Positions 11,413 to 23,741 of a DNA stretch of 64,000 nt are shown piece by piece (positions within the stretch are counted from its first letter, which is position 1; the number at the start of each line of letters is the position of its first letter). Below the pieces are notes generated by a model that searched no databases, was not told the origin of the DNA, and saw only the letters and a list, made by a program, of their open reading frames with translations. The position numbers and the translations under genes were made by a program. This DNA is from Eledone cirrhosa. Taxonomy: Eukaryota. The stretch is taken from NCBI GenBank assembly GCA_964016885.1, contig OZ024744.1, positions 106,330,001-106,394,000 of the forward strand, in the 5' to 3' direction.

Positions 11413-14400
11413 GTTCTTTGAGTCTCAGTCATTGATGTTATTTAACTGGAAAGTTTGTTGAAATGAATATCAAGCCACTACCTGCAGCCTCAGACATTCA
11501 GGACGTATCAGAGGGTTCTTGCTGTTCCCAGCAAGCATGCCTTTTGAAGTGTTCCAAAAAGCGGGGCTGGACTAATTTTCTTTAACCATCCTTGGAAACT
11601 CTTTGAGATAGTACCTAGTGCTCCTATGACAATTGGGACGACCTTGATTTCATGGCAGTTCCAAATCCTTTTTAACTCCCACTTTAAATCCTGGTATCGA
11701 CTAATTTTCTCCCTCTCCTTTTCTTGCACTCTCGTGTCAAATGGGCAGGCTACATCTACAATCAGGCACAATCTTTTTTCCTTGTCCAAAACCACCAGGT
11801 CAGGCCTATTGTGTTCCAGTTTCTTGTCCGTCTGTATCCTAAAATCCCATAACACCTTCACCTGATCGTTTTCTATCACTGACTCTGGCTTATGTTCATT
11901 TCACTTCTCAGAATGTGGTAAATTGTTTACTTTGCATAGGTGCCAGTGGATCACCCTGCCCATCACATCATGTCTCCAGCCCTTATAGTGAGTCTGGGCT
12001 AGGTGTTTACACTTGGATACAATGTGAGCCACAGTCTCCTCTCTCTCTCCACAGATCCTGCACAGTGGGCTAGCCTCCTCCTTGTAAATATGGTGTTTCA
12101 CCCACTTCGTTCTGAGGGCCTGCTCTTGCGCAGCCATTAGCATTCCTTCTAAAGCCTTTTTAAGGCCTCCTCTTTTTAACCAGTTCCATGTCTGTGGATC
12201 TCTAAATTCAGTTTTCCTAAAGAAGGTACTATGAAGGGATTTTTCCTGAAGGCTGCTCTTCCTCATCATTGTTATTTCCTCCTTGGACATCCCCTGGTCT
12301 ATTGTCCTCTCCTTCATTACAATTCTGAACATTGGCTCCCTACTGTCAGTCACGTATTTGCGCAGGTTGTTTTTCTCCATCTGAACACAGTCCTCTATGC
12401 TGATAAGACTTCTTCCACCTTCAGATCTCTTTAAGTAGTGTCTATCAACATCACTCCTCTTGTGGAACATGTTGTAGATAGTCAATAGCTTCCTAGTCTT
12501 CCTATCCATTTCTTTTTGTTCAGCAACATTCCATTTCAGAATTCCCGCACTGTACCTAATAATAGACACAGCTCAGGAATTCACTGCACTTATGACATTC
12601 CTACTATTTAGATTTGATTTTAATACGCTCCTTACTCTCCTAACGTACTCAGATCTTATCAATTCCTTCATTTTTTTTGTTCTTGATGTCATCTGCCTCC
12701 AGAACACCTAAATATTTGTATCCTTCTTCAGTGTCAATTTCCTTTATCATCTCACCTGTTGGTACCTGGATTCCATTGCTTCTTGCTCAATTTACCCCCT
12801 CTTCATCACAAGGACTCCACACTTACTAATACCAAATTGCATACATATATCATTGCTGAAAATATGGACAGTGTCAACAAGCACATCCAACTCCTTCTCA
12901 CGCTTCCCAAAGAGTTTATGATCGTCCATGAAGAGGAGGTGGTTGATGGTAAGTTCTCCCTTTCACAACTTGTATCCTGCTCTCACTTTTCACAGTATAA
13001 TGGTCAGGGGTGTCAGGGCAAGGACAAACAACAGAGAGGACAGACTATCTCCCTGGAAGATACCTCTCTTGACCTTCATGCCTCCCAAGGATTCTCCAGC
13101 TGATGTTAACTCTGTTTTCCAGGACTTCATACTTTTGCTCAACAACTGTCTGATGTTATCTGCCACCTTGAAGATCTCTAGGCTTTTGATTATCCAAGAA
13201 TGAGGTACCATGTCGAATGCCTTTTTGTAATCTATCCATCCCATGGCAAGACCAGTGTGTCTCCTCTTGCAATTCCTCATTACCATCTTATCAATAAGCA
13301 ACTGGTCCTTTGTACCACGAGACTTCTTTCGGCATCCTTTCTGTTCGTCCGGTAACAAGTTGTTTATGTGGTGGTGTTGGTAGATTTCCTCAGACACAAT
13401 GCTTATTAACAGTTTCCACATTACGGACAGACATGTGATAGGTCTATAGTTGGTAACATCATTACCCTTGATTTGGTCTTTCATTACCAGAACTGTTGTA
13501 CTTTTTGTCAACCACTCTGGTACCTCACCCGACATCAAGCAGTCATTGAGCATGGTTGTCAGTTTTGGGTAGAGGGATGTTATATTTTTAATCCAATACC
13601 CCTGCACACCATCTGGGCCTGGTGATTTCCACTTGGTTAGTTTTCTGGCCTGCCCTTTAAGAGTTTCAACTGTGATACTCAAATCAGTTTGTTGGTGTGC
13701 TTGTTCACTAATCTCCCTTTGTACTGTCTCAATCCACACTGCCTGATCATTATGTTCAACATCCTGCTCCCATATTCCTCTCCAGAATGTCTTAGTCTGT
13801 TCCATCTCAGGGATCAAGTCGTTGCCTCTTTCTTTCCCTTCAAGCTGTCCAAACAACATCTTCTGGTTGTTGTCAAACATGCGGTTCTGTCTATACTGAC
13901 TAACTCTGTTCTTATACCGCCTAATCTTTGCACTCTTTGCTACAATGTGTTGCTTCAGTTCCTTTATGATAATATTTAGCTTTTTCCCCTAGTTTTGTAC
14001 TTTATTTCCAATCTATCTTTAGTGTCTATGTTTTGTAGTGTCCCATTCAGTAGGGACTCAAGCTTTCCAATGTCATATCTCATTTCCTTGATTTGACCAT
14101 TCAGTCGTTTCTTCCACCAAGGTTCTGATCTTTCTTGTTTATTGTTTCCTCTCGTTTTTATGCCAAGTAATTTCCTCACCGCATTTACTGTTCCTTTAAG
14201 GATATTGTTGCACTGGTGAAGGCTCCTCGCCTCAAGGTATGGGATGACTTTGTTTACCTTAGCTGTTGTTTCTTTTAACTTTTTCCTGTCTACAAATCTT
14301 AGGTTCATAGGTTTCCCACTATCATTGTTCATTTCATCTACCACTAAGTTTAGGATATCAACCAAATCTTGTCCTAGCCCGTCAGCATTCATTTCCTCAA

Positions 14401-15045
14401 TGGCCGTATCTTTGTTCCAGATGTTATTTATTTCAGCATTCAGATCATTGTCTGCTTCAGATGCTTCCTCCGTTCTCTCAACCTCTTCACCTTCATTTCC
14501 TACTGGCTCGTTTGTCTGGCATACTCCACTCTCCATTTCTAACCTAATCTCTCTGCTCATTTCCTCCAGTTCCAGCTCGCTTATCCACCCATTAGTTCTT
14601 ATTACCCGAGCCTGCCCAGTCAATTTTTGTTCCTCTAATTTAAATAGACCAATCTCGTTCCAGATATTATGCGTCCGTTTCCTATAGCCTTTCTCCTTGG
14701 GGTTACTCTTCAGGTAACATTCCATGACAGTTCTATTCAATTCTTTCGTCCAGTTGGTTCTGGTCCCTTTCCTTCTTTTCTTCCTCCGACACCGGCAGTA
14801 TTTGGATGACAGCCAGGTCCCTGCTGCTGGGCCAGGGGGCACTTGCTGGGTGAGAATCTGTCACATGACATTCTAGTCTCCATTTCACCGTTATTCGAAC
14901 TGTTTAGGTTCGACATTTAAACACTCATATCGAGGATTGGTGAATGTATGGTTACATAACCACCGGTGATTTCATCAGCCCCAGTGATTTCATCACCCCC
15001 GGTGATTTTAGCGTGGCACCATCACGCTGTAGACGAACATAAATA
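11413..15045 (-). mobile_element. R4/Dong-type RLE retrotransposon family B, apparently full-length but frameshifted
   Basis: ORF pieces 13976-14842 (WTKELNRTVMECY..GYRKR), 12990-13880 (NYRPITCL, WIDYKKAFD, GIFQGDSLS), FMDD at ~12921-12932, 11901-12569 (CRICGEREETVAHIVSKC, RHD), 11508-11879 (NRPDLVVLD RLE); (ATT)n-like flanks. Confidence 0.93.
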
Positions 15046-15081
15046 AATAAACAAATAAATATTTTTATTATTATTGTTGTT

Positions 15082-15232
15082 ATTCCTTGAATCTCAGTCA
15101 TTGATGTTGGTTAACTGGAAAGTCCGTTGGAATGAATATCAAGCCACTACCTGCAGCCTCAGATATTCAGGACGTATCGGAGGGTTCTTGCTGTTCCAAG
15201 CAAGCATGCCTTTTGAAGCGTTCCAAAAAGCG
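15082..15232 (-). mobile_element. Very short 3'-end copy of family B (last codons plus 3' UTR)
   Basis: Near-identical to 15269-15419, separated from it by (ATT)n. Confidence 0.88.
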
Positions 15233-15268
15233 TTATTATTATTATTATTATTATTATTGTTATTGTTA

Positions 15269-16817
15269 TTCCTTGAATCTCAGTCATTGATGTTGGTTAA
15301 CTGGAAAGTCCGTTGGATTGAATATCAAGCCACTACCTGCAGCCTCAGATATTCAGGACGTATCGGAGGGTTCTTGCTGTTCCAAGCAAGCATGCCTTTT
15401 GAAGCGTTCCAAAAAGCGTGAAGGGGCCGATTTTCTTTAACCATCCCTGGAAACCTTTGGAGATAGTCCCCAGTGCGCCTATGACAATCGGGATCACTTT
15501 GACTTCATGGCAGTTCCAAATCCTTTTCACCTCCCACTTTAGGTCCTGGTATCGGTTAATTTTCTCCCTCTCCTTCTCTTGCACTCTCGTGTCGAACGGG
15601 CAGGCCACATCCACAATCAGGCACGATCTTTTTTCTTTGTCCACAACCACCAGGTCAGGTCTATTGTGTTCCAGTTTTTTGTCCGTCTGTATCCTAAAAT
15701 CCCACAGCACCTTCACCTGACTGTTCTCCATCACCGCCTCTGGCCTATGCTCATACCATTTCTCAGAATGTGGTAGATTGTTTACTTTGCACAGGTGCCA
15801 GTGGATCACCCTGCCCATCACATCGTGTCTCCAGCCCTTATAGTGGGTCTGGGCTAGGTGTTTACACTCGGACACAATGTGAGCCACAGTCTCCTCTCTC
15901 TCTCCACAGATCCTGCACAGTGGGCTAGCCTCCTCCTTGTAGATATGGTGCTTCAACCACTTCGTTTTGAGGGCCTGCTCCTGCGCAGCCATTAGCATTC
16001 CTTCTGTAGCCTTTTTGAGGTCTCCTCTTCTCAACCAGTTCCATGTCTGTGGATCTCTAAATTCAGTTTTCTCAAAGAAGGTACTATGAAGGGATTTTCC
16101 CTTAAGGCTGCTCTTCCTCCTTGATGTTATTTCCTCCTTGGATATCCCCTGGCCTACTGTCCCCTCCTTCAGTACAGCTCTGAGCATTGGCTCCTTACTA
16201 TAGGTCACGTATTTGTATAGGTTGTTTTTCTCCATCTGAACACAGTCCTCTATGCTGATAAGACCTCTTCCACCCTCAGATCTCTTTAGGTAGAGTCTAT
16301 CGACATCACTCCTCTTGTGGAACATGTTGTAGATAGTCAATAGCTTCCTAGTCTTCCTATCCATTTCTTTTTGTTCAGCAACATTCCATCTCAGAATTCC
16401 CGCACTGTACCTAATAATAGACACAGCTCGGGAATTTACTGCGCTTATGGCATTTCTGCTGTTCAGATGTGACTTCAATACGCTCCTTACTCTCCGAATG
16501 TATTCAGTTCTTAACAATTCCTTCATTTTTTTGTTCTTTATGCCATCAGCCTCCAGAACGCCCAAATACTTGTATCCTTCCTCAGAGTCAATTTCCTTTA
16601 TCATCTCACCTGTTGGTATCTGGATCCCGTTACTTCTGCTCAACCTACCCCTCTTCATCACAATGACTCCACATTTACCAATACCAAACTGCATACATAT
16701 ATCACTGCTGAAAATACGGACAGTGTCAACAAGCACATCCAACTCCTTCTCACTTTTCGTCCATGAAGAGGAGGTGATTGATGGTAAGCTCTCCCCTTCC
16801 CAACTTGTATCCTGCTC
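15269..16817 (-). mobile_element. R4/Dong-type family B variant, 5'-truncated at the RT active site
   Basis: Open frame through thumb, CCHC and RLE (ORF 15345-16850); ~17-nt deletion within the HLLFMDD motif relative to the 11413-15045 copy; (ATT)n on both sides. Confidence 0.92.
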
Positions 16818-16843
16818 TATTATTATTATTATTATTATTATTA

Positions 16844-19800
16844 TTTGCATTTATCTTGCTTTATGTTTATACGAGTTATCACCAAGTCACAACCAGTGAC
16901 CTCAAGAGACAACAAGGTCCGCCATGTTCAAGAAAGAACACACATATTCACACATGCATCCTTAGTGTTTAGACTTGTGATGTACTTATATTGACAGGAT
17001 CTTCCTTAGTATATGGGCAGTTCCCATTAGTACTATCTTTTGTATTTCTCCTATACGCGGGTTTCCTGGGATTTGCGATAAGTAGTCGTTAGACCCCTTA
17101 GGTATCATTCCCAGAGCGCCTACAACCACTGGTATTGTTTTAGTTCTCAATTTCCACATTTTTCCAATTTCTATCTCCAGGTCCTTATACTTGCTCAATT
17201 TTTCAAATGTTTTTATAGATACATTCTTGTCTATTGGAACAGACATATCAATTAGCAGGCATACCCTCCTTTGAAAGTCCTTCAATATTATATCAGGTCT
17301 ATTTGCATCTATTTTTCGGTCTGTTTGGATGCTAAAGTTCCACAAGATTGAGATGTGATCTTTTTCAAGTATGGGAGGTGGTTGATGCTCCCACCAATTC
17401 TTTTGATGGGGCAGGTCAAAATGCTTGCACATTATCCAATGTATGTATTGTGCAGCTCTGTCATGCCTGTTTAGGTATTCGGTTGGAGCTATAGGACTGC
17501 ACATTGAAATTATATGGTCAATGGTCTCTGGTTGTTTTTTGCATACACGGCATAATGGGCTGCACCCATTTTTTATTATGTTGGCTTGGTAATTTTTTGT
17601 TGGCAGACACTGATCTTGTGCGGATATAATCAGTCCTTCAGTCTCCGATTTCAGTCCAGAGGATGCCAACCACTGATGGGTTAAAGTTTTGTCAACATCA
17701 GGATTGTTAGCTCGCTCTGGGTATTTTCCATACAGAGGCTTTTCTTGCCATTTCTTAGCCAGTTTCTGTAGCAGTTCTTTCTTTGCAGTTACTTTTACCT
17801 GCTTTGCTTTTTTTGTGTTTTCCATTTCAGCAGTAAATGGGGCTTCTGAAATTTGTAGTCCATTACTGTATCTTTGTGCATCTTTTGTAATGGAATATGA
17901 TCTTTTGGTGCTTTCGTGTTTCAAAACGAGTTTGATCATCCAATCATGTGATTCCCTTAGATATGTGGATAATCCAATTGTTGCAGTTTTCAACGCAATG
18001 TCTAACTGGATTAACCCACGTCCTCCTTCTTTCCTAGGGAGATATATTCTATCTATGTCTGCCTTAGGGTGATGCATTCTGTGCATGGTTAAGAATTTTC
18101 GGATTTTTGTATCGAGCCTACGGATCTCTGTGCTTGACCAGTTGATGACATTGTAACTGTAGGTTACTACTGGTATGGCAAGCGTGTTTATGGCATCGAT
18201 CCTATTCCTTGCATTCAATTCCGTTCTTAAGATTGCTCTGACTCTGCGGTAACATTCCTTCCTTATCCTTTCCCTCATTGTCGAGTGCTTGATTCCGTCT
18301 CCTTCACAAACACCTAGATATTTGTAAGTTTGTTCTTGATCAAGCTCTCTTATCACGTTCCCCCGATCAAGATTAATGTCTGAACTCTTCAGCAGCTTTC
18401 CTCTGGTGAACGTTGCTTTGGCGCATTTATCCAGTCCAAACTCCATTTTAATGTCATCACTGAACTGCTTCACAGTGGATAATAGCCCTTGCAATTGTTC
18501 ATCATTTTTTGCAAATAGTTTCAGGTCATCCATGTAGAACAGGTGATTAATGGTTTTGTCATAGACTCTATATCCATGTTTTGTTTCATTGAGCATTTTA
18601 CTTAATGGTATAAGTGCGATGCAGAATAAAAGCGGTGATAAAGAGTCACCCTGAAAAATTCCACAATTAATGTTAACTTCTCCAGCTTCCAGTGATTTTG
18701 TTTCACTATTCAAAAGGAGTGTCGTTCTCCATGTCCTCATACTGAATGACAAAAACCTCCTGATAACGGGGGATATTTTGAAAATCTCTAAACATTTTTC
18801 AATCCAACTGTGTGGCAAACTATCAAATGCTTTTTTATAATCTATCCAAGCAATCGATAGATTTTTGTGTCTATTATGACAATCTTCCAGTATCATTTTG
18901 TTAACCAGAAGCTGATCCTTACAGCCATATGAGCCTCGTTTACACCCTTTCTGCTCAATGGGAAATAGGTCATTTGTTATCAGGTGGTCATATGTGTATT
19001 CAGTTAGGACTGATGTTAAAATTTTATACATTGTGGTCAAGCAGGTTATCGGTCTGTAATTTTTGGGATTGTTTGTCTCATCATTCTTCGGTAGCAGGAA
19101 TGTAATGCCGTTAACTAGCCATGATGGTATCTTTTCTGGCTCCTTAACTATTTCATTGTAAAGTTGGGCTAACAGCTCATGAGACTCTGTGAAGGCATTT
19201 ATCCAAAAGTTTTGTATTTTGTCTTTTCCTGGGGATTTCCATTTGCTGGTTTTTCTTAGAGCCAAGCGCAGCTGTTCAACTGTTATATTTTCCCATGTTT
19301 GTTCTTCAAGGTGAGCTGTTTCTTTCATTTGTCTGTCTATCCATGGGGCATGTATGTTATGAACTTTTTCTTCGGCCCAGATCTTTTCCCAGAATTCTTG
19401 CACTTCCTCCTTGGGTGGTATTGATTTAGCAGTTATTGTTGACTTACCAATTTTTCTGTAGAAGTTTCTTTGGTTGTTTTTGAACATATTATTGTCCTTA
19501 TAGAATCTAGATCGTTTTTCAAAGCGCCTTATACGAGCAGCTTTGGCCGACACTTTTTGCTTGATTGTTTCTATCAGCATGTCTATGTCACATGTTGATC
19601 TTATACTGTACTTTTTTTTCAATTTTCTAAGTTTAGTTTGTTTAACATGTTCACCTACTTTATAGTTTGTTAAAATTTCTATGTCAGATCGGAGAAGGTT
19701 TATTTGGCGATTGATGTTATCTTGCCAAGTAGATTTCTTGTGGGAATTCCTTTGTTTTTTCATCTTCACTCCACATAAGTGAGTGGTGACTTTAGCCGAT

Positions 19801-20178
19801 GCATAATAGAGATGATTTAAGTCAGTAATGCTTAGTTTGTTTGTGATGATAATGTTTTTGAGAATTATGTTAGTCTTGTGTATTATCTTTTGGTTCTGTT
19901 TGGAGTTCTGGATCTTAGGGAGGGTGTCTCGTTCCCCCATGTCAGATTCTTTCATTTTCATCCATTCGATCATAATTTCATCCTTCAAGTTGGCAAGTTC
20001 ATTTTCATTCATTTCTTTATCATTTACGATCTCATTATTTTCATTTGGAGTTTCATCCTGAGCATGCACTCCCTCCACTTTTTCGCTCCTTTCTTTAATT
20101 TGTTCTATTGCCAGTGATTCCGCCCCAACTCTGGGATTCGAAGTGTTACAGTTTACCTCGTTTTCACTGACACATGCT

Positions 20179-20180
<2 letters not shown>
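16844..20180 (-). mobile_element. R4/Dong-type family A, long copy with intact ORF, in (TAA)n
   Basis: (ATT)n at 16818-16843 and 20181-20237; 3' UTR ends ...gcaagataaatgca as in the 9793-10938 copy. Confidence 0.95.
16986..20180 (-). CDS. RT / CCHC zinc knuckle / restriction-like endonuclease polyprotein (~1060 codons, no stops; N-terminus probably truncated)
   Basis: KSPGKD, NYRPITCL, QKGC, GCKDQLL, WIDYKKAFDS, GIFQGDSLSPLLF, HLFYMDDLKL, YKYLG, CRVCKKQPETIDHIISMC, RHD, NRPDIILKD...IDMSVP...EKLSKYKDL; the first ~30 aa of the listed 1094-aa ORF come from the SINE and microsatellite. Confidence 0.93.
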
Positions 20181-20237
<57 letters not shown>

Positions 20238-20238
<1 letters not shown>

Positions 20239-20396
20239 GGTAGAGGATCGGACACCACGCTTTGCAGCATAGAGTTACGGCCCTTTACGGTCTGAATTCA
20301 AATCCCGCCGAGGTTAACTTTGCCTTTCATCCTTACGGGGTCGATAAAATAAAGTACCAGTAATGTACTGGGGTAATTGCTGGCCTTGTGCCAAAA
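20238..20396 (+). mobile_element. SINE family 1 copy lacking its first ~18 nt
   Basis: cggtagaggatcggacacc...gcctttcatccttacggggtcgataaaataaagtaccag. Confidence 0.88.
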
Positions 20397-20479
20397 TGCC
20401 CTTAATAACAGGCCCTTAAAAATAGCGGTTTCAACAAACAAATCAAATATATACCTACTCCTCCTACTACCACTAAACA

Positions 20480-21135
20480 CAATAATAGGAAAAGAAAAAT
20501 TATATGGTTTACTCCACCTTTCTCTTTAACAGTTAAAACTAATGTAGACAGAAAATTCCTTGAAACTTTTAGACAAACATTTCCCCCAACAACATAGATA
20601 TAATAAGATATTTGATAGAAATTTAATAAAAATTTGCTACTCTTGCTGCCCATCCATGAAATCTAAAATTACCAACATGAATATCACTAAAGGAAATCCA
20701 GGATGTAGTTGAAGAAAAGCTGAAGAATGCTCTTTACGGAGCAAATATAATACGAAATCGATCGTATACGAAGTTAAAGTAACACCTATTAACAATAACC
20801 AACCAGCCATGAGTGAGCGATATGTGGATATGACGCGAGATAGATTCAAACTCAGATACTACGCACGTCGCTTCCTTCAGACACCCAGATAAAAGGAAAA
20901 CTACGGTGCTGGCAAATACAGTGTGGTAGTTAAAAGAACGTAGGATTCCATATTTGATTGATTGGTCTATTTTAGATTATTCAAAAGAATACCAGAAAGG
21001 CACAAAAATATGTTCTTTGTGCATAACCGAAAAATACAGAATCCTGCAAAATATGAAATCTCCTAATACAATTCTAAAACTGAGATCTTCAGAAGTTGTC
21101 CACACATGAAATCACATCTTCTTTCCAGCTGGTAT
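20480..21135 (+). pseudogene. Penelope-like element remnant (C-terminal linker and GIY-YIG endonuclease)
   Basis: RKIIWFTPPFS..VKTNV, DKHFP, GCS*RK..C, SIVYEVKVT, YVDMT, FKLRYY, CSLCITEKY, CPH; frameshifted. Confidence 0.8.
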
Positions 21136-21726
21136 AATATACCTTTAGACACTCAACCACCCTGAACTTCCTCCTATTACGAATTAACTCTTTCACTCAC
21201 TACCCTGATCTCTTTATGAACACATACATTTAACTACAACCAATACACACAATAAACACCCACTTTTTCATTATAATTATATCCCCTTTGTCATACCTTT
21301 AACACACACACACCGACGACTTTCATTCTTTCCCCCTTCATAACGTATTAGAGACTTTGATCACTTCTTCCTTCTTAACCTTTAACCATACCTTTATCTA
21401 CAACCACAAATCACAAAAATACTCTCATATTCACTCTAATCACACATCCTTTGTCATACCCTTAACACACGATCACACTGACTACCCTCATTCCATCCAC
21501 CTCTAATACTCAATCAAAGTCTTTAAAAACTGTTGCTTTCTACCTAATTGTTATGCTCTTTCTACATACACCGTTATATTTCATTATTGTAATAACGGGA
21601 ACCCCAATTCTATCTTTCACATACTATATTCATAGATATATATATGAATATATGCCCGTTTATGTATGTATGTATGTGTTTATGTATGTTTATGTGTGTG
21701 TATTCTTGTATTAATATGTGTATATT

Positions 21727-22130
21727 ATCATCATCATCATCACCGTTTTACGTCCGTTCTTCCACGCTAGCATGGGTTAGACGGGTTGTCCTGTTGTGGG
21801 CAGTGTCTGGTCGGCTGACCTTGTCTTGCTCATACGGGAACTGATTCTGGCTTGATTTCTACAGCTGGATGCCCTTCATAACACCAACCTCATTTACAGT
21901 GAGTGCCTTTTTCTGTGGCGCCTACACGTCTACTTTACAGTGTGGGCTGGATGCTTTTTTGCCGTGGCACCTCCACGACCACTTTTTCATTTCTACAGCT
22001 GAGTAAACTGGAGCAATGTGAAATAAAGTGTCTTGCTCAAGGAAACAGTACATCACCCGGTCCGAGAATTGAACTCACAACCTTTCGATTGCAAGCCCAA
22101 TGCTCTAATCACTAAGCCATGCGCCTTCAT
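21727..22130 (-). mobile_element. SINE family 2: tRNA head, CORE-like segment and RTE-derived 3' tail ending (GAT)n
   Basis: Reverse complement reads ggcgcatggcttagtg.ttagagc..gtgagttcaattc, ccttgagcaagacactttatttcacattgctcc, gaagggcatccagctgtagaaa, (gat)n. Confidence 0.85.
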
Positions 22131-22200
22131 GTTTCAAACAGAACTTAAAACGATAAGTTCTTGTTTTTTGGATATGTCACTATTTATAAAACAACTTTTG

Positions 22201-22261
22201 TATTTTATCTGATGAGGGCGTACCAAAATTTTGGTACCCTTGATATATATATAATAAAATA
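22201..22261 (+). ncRNA. Type I hammerhead ribozyme motif, probably inactive (GAAA>GATA)
   Basis: Stem I tattttat/ataaaata, CTGATGA, stem II gtaccaaaa/ttttggtac, GAtA, palindromic stem III tatata, UA site. Confidence 0.75.
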
Positions 22262-22703
22262 AATATTGTTTTATAAAGATAGTTTCCATTTATTAATATT
22301 ATTGATATATATATATATATTCGTGTACGTATTTCTTATTTCTATATTCTATATAAGTCTAAATACGTATATATGTGCACGGATGCGTATAATTATGTAT
22401 GCGTTTCTATTTTTTTTTTTTTGTATAATTAATTTATTTTAATTTTATTTTTATATTAAAGTCGTGCCTGTATGTAAGTATGTTTATGTGTGTGTATATA
22501 TATATGTATATGTATGTATGTGTGTGTATATATGTATGTATGTGAGTATGTGTGTGTGTATGCATATGTATAATTATGTGTATTTATGTGCGTATTCTTA
22601 TTTTCTTTACAAGTCATAAATTTCCTATATATATTTGCGTGGTTATGTGCTATTATTTCCTTATTTATTTTTTGGATTCAATACTTACATATTTGTTAAT
22701 GCG

Positions 22704-22744
<41 letters not shown>

Positions 22745-22803
22745 GTGTTAATATATATATATGTGTGTGTGTGTGTATGTTTATATGTATGTCTATGTAT
22801 GTT

Positions 22804-22887
<84 letters not shown>

Positions 22888-22947
22888 TTAGAACCCTGTA
22901 ACCATTAAGCTCTAAGTATAAAGTACAAATAAATACTGAGCCGATTA

Positions 22948-23068
22948 ACAATATATAGTAAGAAACACAGTAAACCGTGTGTCTTGGTTAAATATTTCAA
23001 GCATATGTGGTTTTTCAACCCTTGTAATTTTAGACACACGGTTTACTGTGTTTCTTACTATATATTGT
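22948..23068. repeat. Perfect 37-bp inverted repeat with 47-nt spacer
   Basis: acaatatatagtaagaaacacagtaaaccgtgtgtct (22948-22984) and its reverse complement (23032-23068). Confidence 0.93.
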
Positions 23069-23456
23069 ATATATATATATATATATATAACGAAGGAAGT
23101 GTGGTAAGGAACCAGATGGACCATAACGCACCAGAGTACTCAATACTTAGGGAAGTAGAATGGGTTAAAAATGTTCCTATATATATATGTATGTGTGTGG
23201 AAAAAATGAAATTTCATTTCACACTTTTAGTACGGCTGGTACTTAAATATAAGTATGTATACGTACATACATATATGTATACAGACGTACAGTAGTATGT
23301 ATATACATACATACATGTACACATATATATATATGTACGTATGGATTTACCGAACATTTATTATAATATTCGGTTTGTTTGTAAACAAACAGCCCGAATT
23401 AAGCCGTACAGTGTTCGGCAACCATCGTTGCCCTTTTGTTCAACACTGACAAAGGA

Positions 23457-23499
23457 ACGATGAACTAGTTTCTAGCTTATTAGCTGTCATCAGCACCGT
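23457..23499 (-). ncRNA. Minimal type I hammerhead ribozyme motif
   Basis: acggtg-CTGATGA-c-agctaataagct-a-GAAA-ctag-TT-catcgt; palindromic stem III, GUU site. Confidence 0.75.
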
Positions 23500-23680
23500 A
23501 TACCTTCAAGGTATACGATGCTGATGATAGCTTATATATATAAGCAAAAGGGATATTCAATTTGTTGGTAATTCAACAAATATATATGTTTATAACTGAT
23601 TCAGAGCACTCGACAGATTTTCTGGAGTATAATATTCAATGATATTTAATAAATGGAAACTATATTTATAAAACCATATT

Positions 23681-23741
23681 TATTCTATTATATATATTTC
23701 AAGGGTACCAAAACTTTGGTACGCTTTCATCAGATAAAATA
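23681..23741 (-). ncRNA. Type I hammerhead ribozyme motif, intact core (inverted homolog of 22201-22261)
   Basis: tattttat-CTGATGA-aagcgtaccaaagttttggtaccctt-GAAA-tatata-TA-atagaata. Confidence 0.8.

Noticed and set aside
14950-15045. Hammerhead or HDV-like ribozyme at the family B 5' end
   Set aside because: CTGATGA is present but with no correctly placed GAAA/UH; no nested double pseudoknot recognised by eye.
15345-16850. 501-aa ORF as a functional protein
   Set aside because: The N-terminus comes from the neighbour's 3' UTR, microsatellite and an out-of-frame segment, and the FMDD motif is destroyed by a deletion.
20701-20720. TGA at a conserved Cys position (GCS*RK versus CNCR) suggesting selenocysteine recoding as in some Penelope-like elements
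   Set aside because: The copy has many other stops and frameshifts, the other remnant has TGT there, and no SECIS was identified.
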